Shown here in pieces: positions 44,786 to 48,456 of a stretch of DNA of 48,456 nt (its first letter is position 1; each line of letters opens with the position of its first letter). Where the stretch lies: assembly GCA_015229165.1 (NCBI GenBank), contig JADGCD010000001.1, positions 1 through 48,456 on the forward strand. Reading direction: 5' to 3'. Below the pieces are notes generated by a model. The model made no database searches and was not told the origin of the DNA. It worked only from the letters and a program-made list of their open reading frames with translations. The position numbers were made by a program, and so were the translations under genes. Origin of the DNA: Nitrospinota bacterium. Lineage in GTDB: Bacteria; Nitrospinota_A; UBA7883; JADGGD01.

Positions 44786-46590
44786 ACGACGCCCCCCAGC
44801 CCCGTAACGTCTATCAGGGAATCCCCGCCTCTTCGGGGATCGTCATCGGCAAGGCCTACGTTCTCGACCCCCACCTCATTTGCGTCCTTAAGCGCGACCT
44901 CGACGGACCGGCCCAGATCGACGCCGAGATCGAACGCTTCCGCGAAGCGGTGGAGCGCTCCGCCGAGGACATGGCAAGCCTGACCGACCGGGCGCTGGCG
45001 GAGTTCGGCGACGACGTTCCCAACATGATATTCGAGACCCACGTCCAGCTCCTGCGCGACCCGTCGCTCGTCAAGGAGGTGGAGACCCACATCGAGACGC
45101 AGGCGCACAACGCCGAGTGGGCGCTCAAAGTCCTGATGGAAAAGTATCAGGCCCGTTTCTCCCGCTTCAAAGACCCCTACTTCCGCGAGCGGCTCGAAGA
45201 CATCGAACAGGTGGTCACCCGGCTCCAGCGGCGGCTTTCGGGGGGGGGCGACCAGTCGGGCTTCGATCAGCTCACCGAACCGGTGGTCATCGTGGCGCAC
45301 GACCTCTCCCCCGCCGACACCATGCTCTTCGACCCCCGCAAGGTCATCGGCTTCGCCACCGACTCGGGGGGGAAGACCTCGCACGCCGGTATCCTCGCCT
45401 CCTCCATGGACATTCCCGCTGTGGTGGGGCTCAAGGGCGCCTCCTTCGACATCCGTTCCGGCGACCCGATCATCGTCGATGGCAACACTGGCGTGGTCAT
45501 CCACCGCCCCACGATGTCCCAGTTCCAGACCTTCAACCAGCGGCGCCAGCGATGGCTCTATCTGGACAAGGCGATCCACGCCGAGAAGGGAATGGAAGCG
45601 GTCACCACCGATGGCGTCCGGGTGCAGGTCATGGCCAACATCGAGTCGTCCCTCGACCTGGCCCATCTGAAAGAGCACGGCGCCGAAGGGGTCGGCCTCT
45701 ACCGGACGGAGTACCTCTACATCAACCGCCCCAAGTGGCCCGACGAGGACGAGCAGTTCGAAGACTACAAGCGGGTCGCCGAGTCGGTGGCGCCCCACTA
45801 CGCCGTCATCCGGACGCTCGACATCGGCGGGGACAAGCTGCCGGTCGCCTCCCCTTTCACAAGCCGGGAGGCCAACCCGGCGCTGGGCCTTCGCGCCATC
45901 CGGTTCTGCCTGCAACACCGCGACATATTCCGCACCCAACTGCGGGCCATCCTCCGGGCGTCGGCCTTCGGGAAACTGCGGATCATGTACCCCCTCATCA
46001 CCACCCTGCGCGAGGTGCGGGAGGCCAACGCCTTTCTCGACCTGTGCCGCGCCGAACTGGACGCCGAAGGGATCGCGTACGACCGGGACATTCCGGTGGG
46101 GATCATGATCGAAACCCCCTCGTCGGTCATGCAGGCCGACGAGTTGGCGAAGAACTGCTCGTTCTTCTCCATCGGCACCAACGACCTGATCCAGTACACC
46201 ATGGCCATCGACCGGGTGAACGAACGGGTGGCCTACCTCTACCAGCCCCTGTCGCCCGCCATCATCCACATGATCCACCAGGTGATCACCGCCGCCCAGC
46301 GGCGCGGGATCGACGTTTCGGTCTGCGGCAAGATGGCCGGCGATCCGGCCTACGCCATGCTCCTGCTCGGCATGGGGGAGGCCCGCTCCCTCTCCATGGA
46401 CGTCCATTCGATCCCCCGGCTCAAGAAATTCATCCGCCACCTCTCCCTGGAAGACTGCAAACAGGTGGCTCGCACGGCGCTGTCGATCCACGACGACGAC
46501 GAACTGCTTGCCTACATGAAGGAAGCGATGGCCGCCCGGCTGGTGGACGGTGTCACCTCCGATCTGGTGGGGAATGTCGACGACGTCTGA
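44782..46590 (+). CDS. ptsI: Phosphoenolpyruvate-protein phosphotransferase (PTS enzyme I)
   Basis: GGKTSHAGILASSMDIPAVVG (phospho-His), GLYRTEYLY and FFSIGTNDLIQYTMA. No N-terminal GAF domain. Confidence 0.92.
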   Translation: MNDAPQPRNVYQGIPASSGIVIGKAYVLDPHLICVLKRDLDGPAQIDAEIERFREAVERSAEDMASLTDRALAEFGDDVPNMIFETHVQLLRDPSLVKEVETHIETQAHNAEWALKVLMEKYQARFSRFKDPYFRERLEDIEQVVTRLQRRLSGGGDQSGFDQLTEPVVIVAHDLSPADTMLFDPRKVIGFATDSGGKTSHAGILASSMDIPAVVGLKGASFDIRSGDPIIVDGNTGVVIHRPTMSQFQTFNQRRQRWLYLDKAIHAEKGMEAVTTDGVRVQVMANIESSLDLAHLKEHGAEGVGLYRTEYLYINRPKWPDEDEQFEDYKRVAESVAPHYAVIRTLDIGGDKLPVASPFTSREANPALGLRAIRFCLQHRDIFRTQLRAILRASAFGKLRIMYPLITTLREVREANAFLDLCRAELDAEGIAYDRDIPVGIMIETPSSVMQADELAKNCSFFSIGTNDLIQYTMAIDRVNERVAYLYQPLSPAIIHMIHQVITAAQRRGIDVSVCGKMAGDPAYAMLLLGMGEARSLSMDVHSIPRLKKFIRHLSLEDCKQVARTALSIHDDDELLAYMKEAMAARLVDGVTSDLVGNVDDV

Positions 46591-48181
46591 TCCCGCCTCC
46601 CCCACGCCCCAACGATCCGCCAAGGAATCGGTCACCCGCGCCGCCGGAGTGGTCGGATTCGCCACGCTCCTTTCCCGCATCCTCGGCTATGCCCGGGACA
46701 TGATCATCGCCGACCTGTTCGGCGCCAAAGCGGCCGCCGACGCGTTCTTCGTCGCCTTCCGGATACCGAGCCTCCTGCGCCGCCTGACCGCCGAAGGCGC
46801 CCTCTCCGCCGCCTTCGTGCCGGTCTACACCGAGACCAGGGCCACCGGAAAGGGCGCGGAAGCCTTCCTGCTGGTCAGCAACATCTTGACCATCCTGACC
46901 ACCCTCCTCATCGGCGTCACCCTCGTCGGGGAGTGGTTCGCCCCCGAGTTGGTTACCCTCATCGCCCCCGGCTTCACCGACGACGAGGAGACCTTCGCCC
47001 TCACCGTCACCCTGACCCGGATCACCCTCCCTTACATCATCTTCATATCGATGGCGGCGGTGGTCATGGGAACGCTGAACGCCCATGGACGCTTCTTCGC
47101 CCCCGCAGCGGCTCCGGCGCTCCTCAACGTCGCCATTATCGCCTGCGCCTATCTGCTGGCCGACCGGCTCGCCCACCCGGCCATGGCGTTGGCGGTGGGT
47201 GTGGTGATCGGCGGCATGCTTCATCTGGGGGCGCAGTTGATACCCCTCTTCCGCCTCGGCTACCGCTACCGTCCCCGGTTCGACCTGAAAGACGCCGCGA
47301 CCCGCAAGATCGGCCTCTTGATGGGGCCGGGCGTCGCCGGGCTGGCGGTGGCGGAGCTGAACGTCATCGTCGATACCCTGCTCGCCTCACTCCTTCCGCA
47401 AGGGGCGGTGTCGTATCTTTACTACGGCAACCGGATCACCCAGTTCCCCACCGGTGTCTTCGGCGCCGCCATCGGGGTGGCGGCCCTCCCGTCCATGGCG
47501 TCGGCGATGATGGCGGGAGGCGCGGAGAAATTGCGCGAATTGGTCTCCCATACGGTGCGCCTGTCGATGTTCGTCTCCATCCCCTCAACGGTGGGGCTGA
47601 TCGTTCTGGCCGAGCCGATCATCAACGTCCTCTTCGAACGGGGCCAGTTCGGCCCGGCGGACCGGGCCGGGGCGGCCTCGGCGCTGATCTGCTACAGCGT
47701 CGGGCTGGTGGCTTTCTCGGGGGTCAAAGGGCTGGTGGCCGCCTTCTACGCCCTCAAGGATACCGCCACGCCTACGAAGATCGCCTCCCTGTCGATGCTG
47801 GTCAATATCGGCCTCAATCTGCTGCTGATGGGGCCCATGGCCCACGGAGGGCTGGCGCTGGCGACTTCCCTTGCGTCGTTCCTGAACATGGGGCTTCTGG
47901 CCCTGCTGTTGCGGTGGCGCATCGCCGGGATCGACGGTCGGCGCATCGCCCTGTCGACCCTGCAAATGTCCCTGGCCGCCGTACTGATGGGGGGGGCGGT
48001 CTACGGCTATATCACCCTGTTCTATGTCTACGACGCCCCGGCGCTGGCGCGCGCCGGTCATCTGACGCTATCGATCATGATCGGCCTTGTCGTCTACTAC
48101 TACGCCGCCGTTTTGCTGGGATGCCGGGAGGCCCATGCCGTGCGCGACCGGCTAGGGGCCCGCTTGCGCCGCAAGAAATGA
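46574..48181 (+). CDS. murJ: Lipid II flippase MurJ (MviN)
   Basis: [41 protein letters not shown] and about 14 TM helices. Start taken at ATG 46574, overlapping the ptsI end by 17 nt. Confidence 0.9.
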   Translation: MSTTSDPASPTPQRSAKESVTRAAGVVGFATLLSRILGYARDMIIADLFGAKAAADAFFVAFRIPSLLRRLTAEGALSAAFVPVYTETRATGKGAEAFLLVSNILTILTTLLIGVTLVGEWFAPELVTLIAPGFTDDEETFALTVTLTRITLPYIIFISMAAVVMGTLNAHGRFFAPAAAPALLNVAIIACAYLLADRLAHPAMALAVGVVIGGMLHLGAQLIPLFRLGYRYRPRFDLKDAATRKIGLLMGPGVAGLAVAELNVIVDTLLASLLPQGAVSYLYYGNRITQFPTGVFGAAIGVAALPSMASAMMAGGAEKLRELVSHTVRLSMFVSIPSTVGLIVLAEPIINVLFERGQFGPADRAGAASALICYSVGLVAFSGVKGLVAAFYALKDTATPTKIASLSMLVNIGLNLLLMGPMAHGGLALATSLASFLNMGLLALLLRWRIAGIDGRRIALSTLQMSLAAVLMGGAVYGYITLFYVYDAPALARAGHLTLSIMIGLVVYYYAAVLLGCREAHAVRDRLGARLRRKK

Positions 48182-48456
48182 TCGCCCTGCTGCAGCGGGT
48201 GAGCGAAGCCTCGGTGACGGTGGACGCAGCCGTCGTCGGCGCCATCGGCAAGGGGCTGCTGGTCTATCTCGGGGTCGTGGAGGGGGACACGGAACGGGCC
48301 GTCGATGCGCTGGCCGAGAAAATCGTCCACTTCCGCATATATCCCGACGATGCGGGACGGTTCGACCGCTCGCTCACGGACGTGGGGGGCGAGATCCTGC
48401 TGGTGAGCCAGTTCACACTGGCCGGATCGTGGCGCAAAGGGCGACGGCCCGGCTTC
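48178..48456 (+). CDS. dtd: D-aminoacyl-tRNA deacylase, N-terminal part (runs off the right window edge)
   Basis: Not in the ORF track. Hand translation from ATG 48178 (ATGA overlap with the murJ stop) gives [37 protein letters not shown]...[20 protein letters not shown], which is the Dtd signature. Confidence 0.85.
   Translation, partial: MIALLQRVSEASVTVDAAVVGAIGKGLLVYLGVVEGDTERAVDALAEKIVHFRIYPDDAGRFDRSLTDVGGEILLVSQFTLAGSWRKGRRPGF

Noticed and set aside
44575-46703. 701-aa minus-strand ORF and 528-aa plus-strand ORF overlapping ptsI
   Set aside because: Both are alternative frames of the well-supported enzyme I gene. Their composition is Arg/Pro/Gly-biased and they carry no motifs.
1-48456. 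Scan for CRISPR arrays, tRNA/rRNA genes, IS elements, integrases, toxin-antitoxin or defence genes
   Set aside because: By eye I found no regularly spaced direct repeats and no tRNA T-loop/acceptor-like segments in the intergenic gaps. No ORF had transposase, integrase or nuclease-defence signatures. A covariance-model scan (tRNAscan-SE, Infernal/Rfam) would be needed to exclude small RNAs.

Overview
GC-rich chromosomal segment with G/C at most third codon positions, which produces many long spurious antisense ORFs. It comes from a diderm bacterium: TolC-like, LptA/B/C, MurJ and SPOR proteins are present, and the lptCAB-rpoN-hpf-ptsN order is proteobacterial or delta-proteobacteria-like. I support 47 protein-coding genes, two of them truncated by the window edges and absent from the ORF track. 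I recognised no rRNA, tRNA, CRISPR array, transposase, integrase or defence gene. Most of the window is core housekeeping: trxA, miaB, topoisomerase IV-like parC/parE, ispF-gltX-cysS-rlmB, nadA, glgC, asd-leuB, rho, cca, and a 13.7 kb co-directional run argS ... lptCAB-rpoN-hpf-ptsN-PTS-murJ-dtd. The most unusual locus is an orphan two-gene chemosensory module at 28751-31849. It is a CheA kinase followed 9 nt later by a CheD domain fused to a CheB-type receiver, and the CheD catalytic Cys position reads Ser. Secondary observations: rlmB has its frame broken inside a G10 homopolymer; a Cys-rich lipoprotein is ATGA-coupled to nadA and followed by an orphan FdnI-like cytochrome b; Rho lacks the N-terminal helix bundle; LptA is fused to a SPOR domain; the PTS-Ntr cluster has no hprK/rapZ and its HPr has Glu at the Ser46 position; a low-GC islet carries a small XRE gene bracketed by an 11-bp inverted repeat; and two intergenic regions share sequence words. 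All homology statements come from reading the translations and recalling family signatures. No database search was run.
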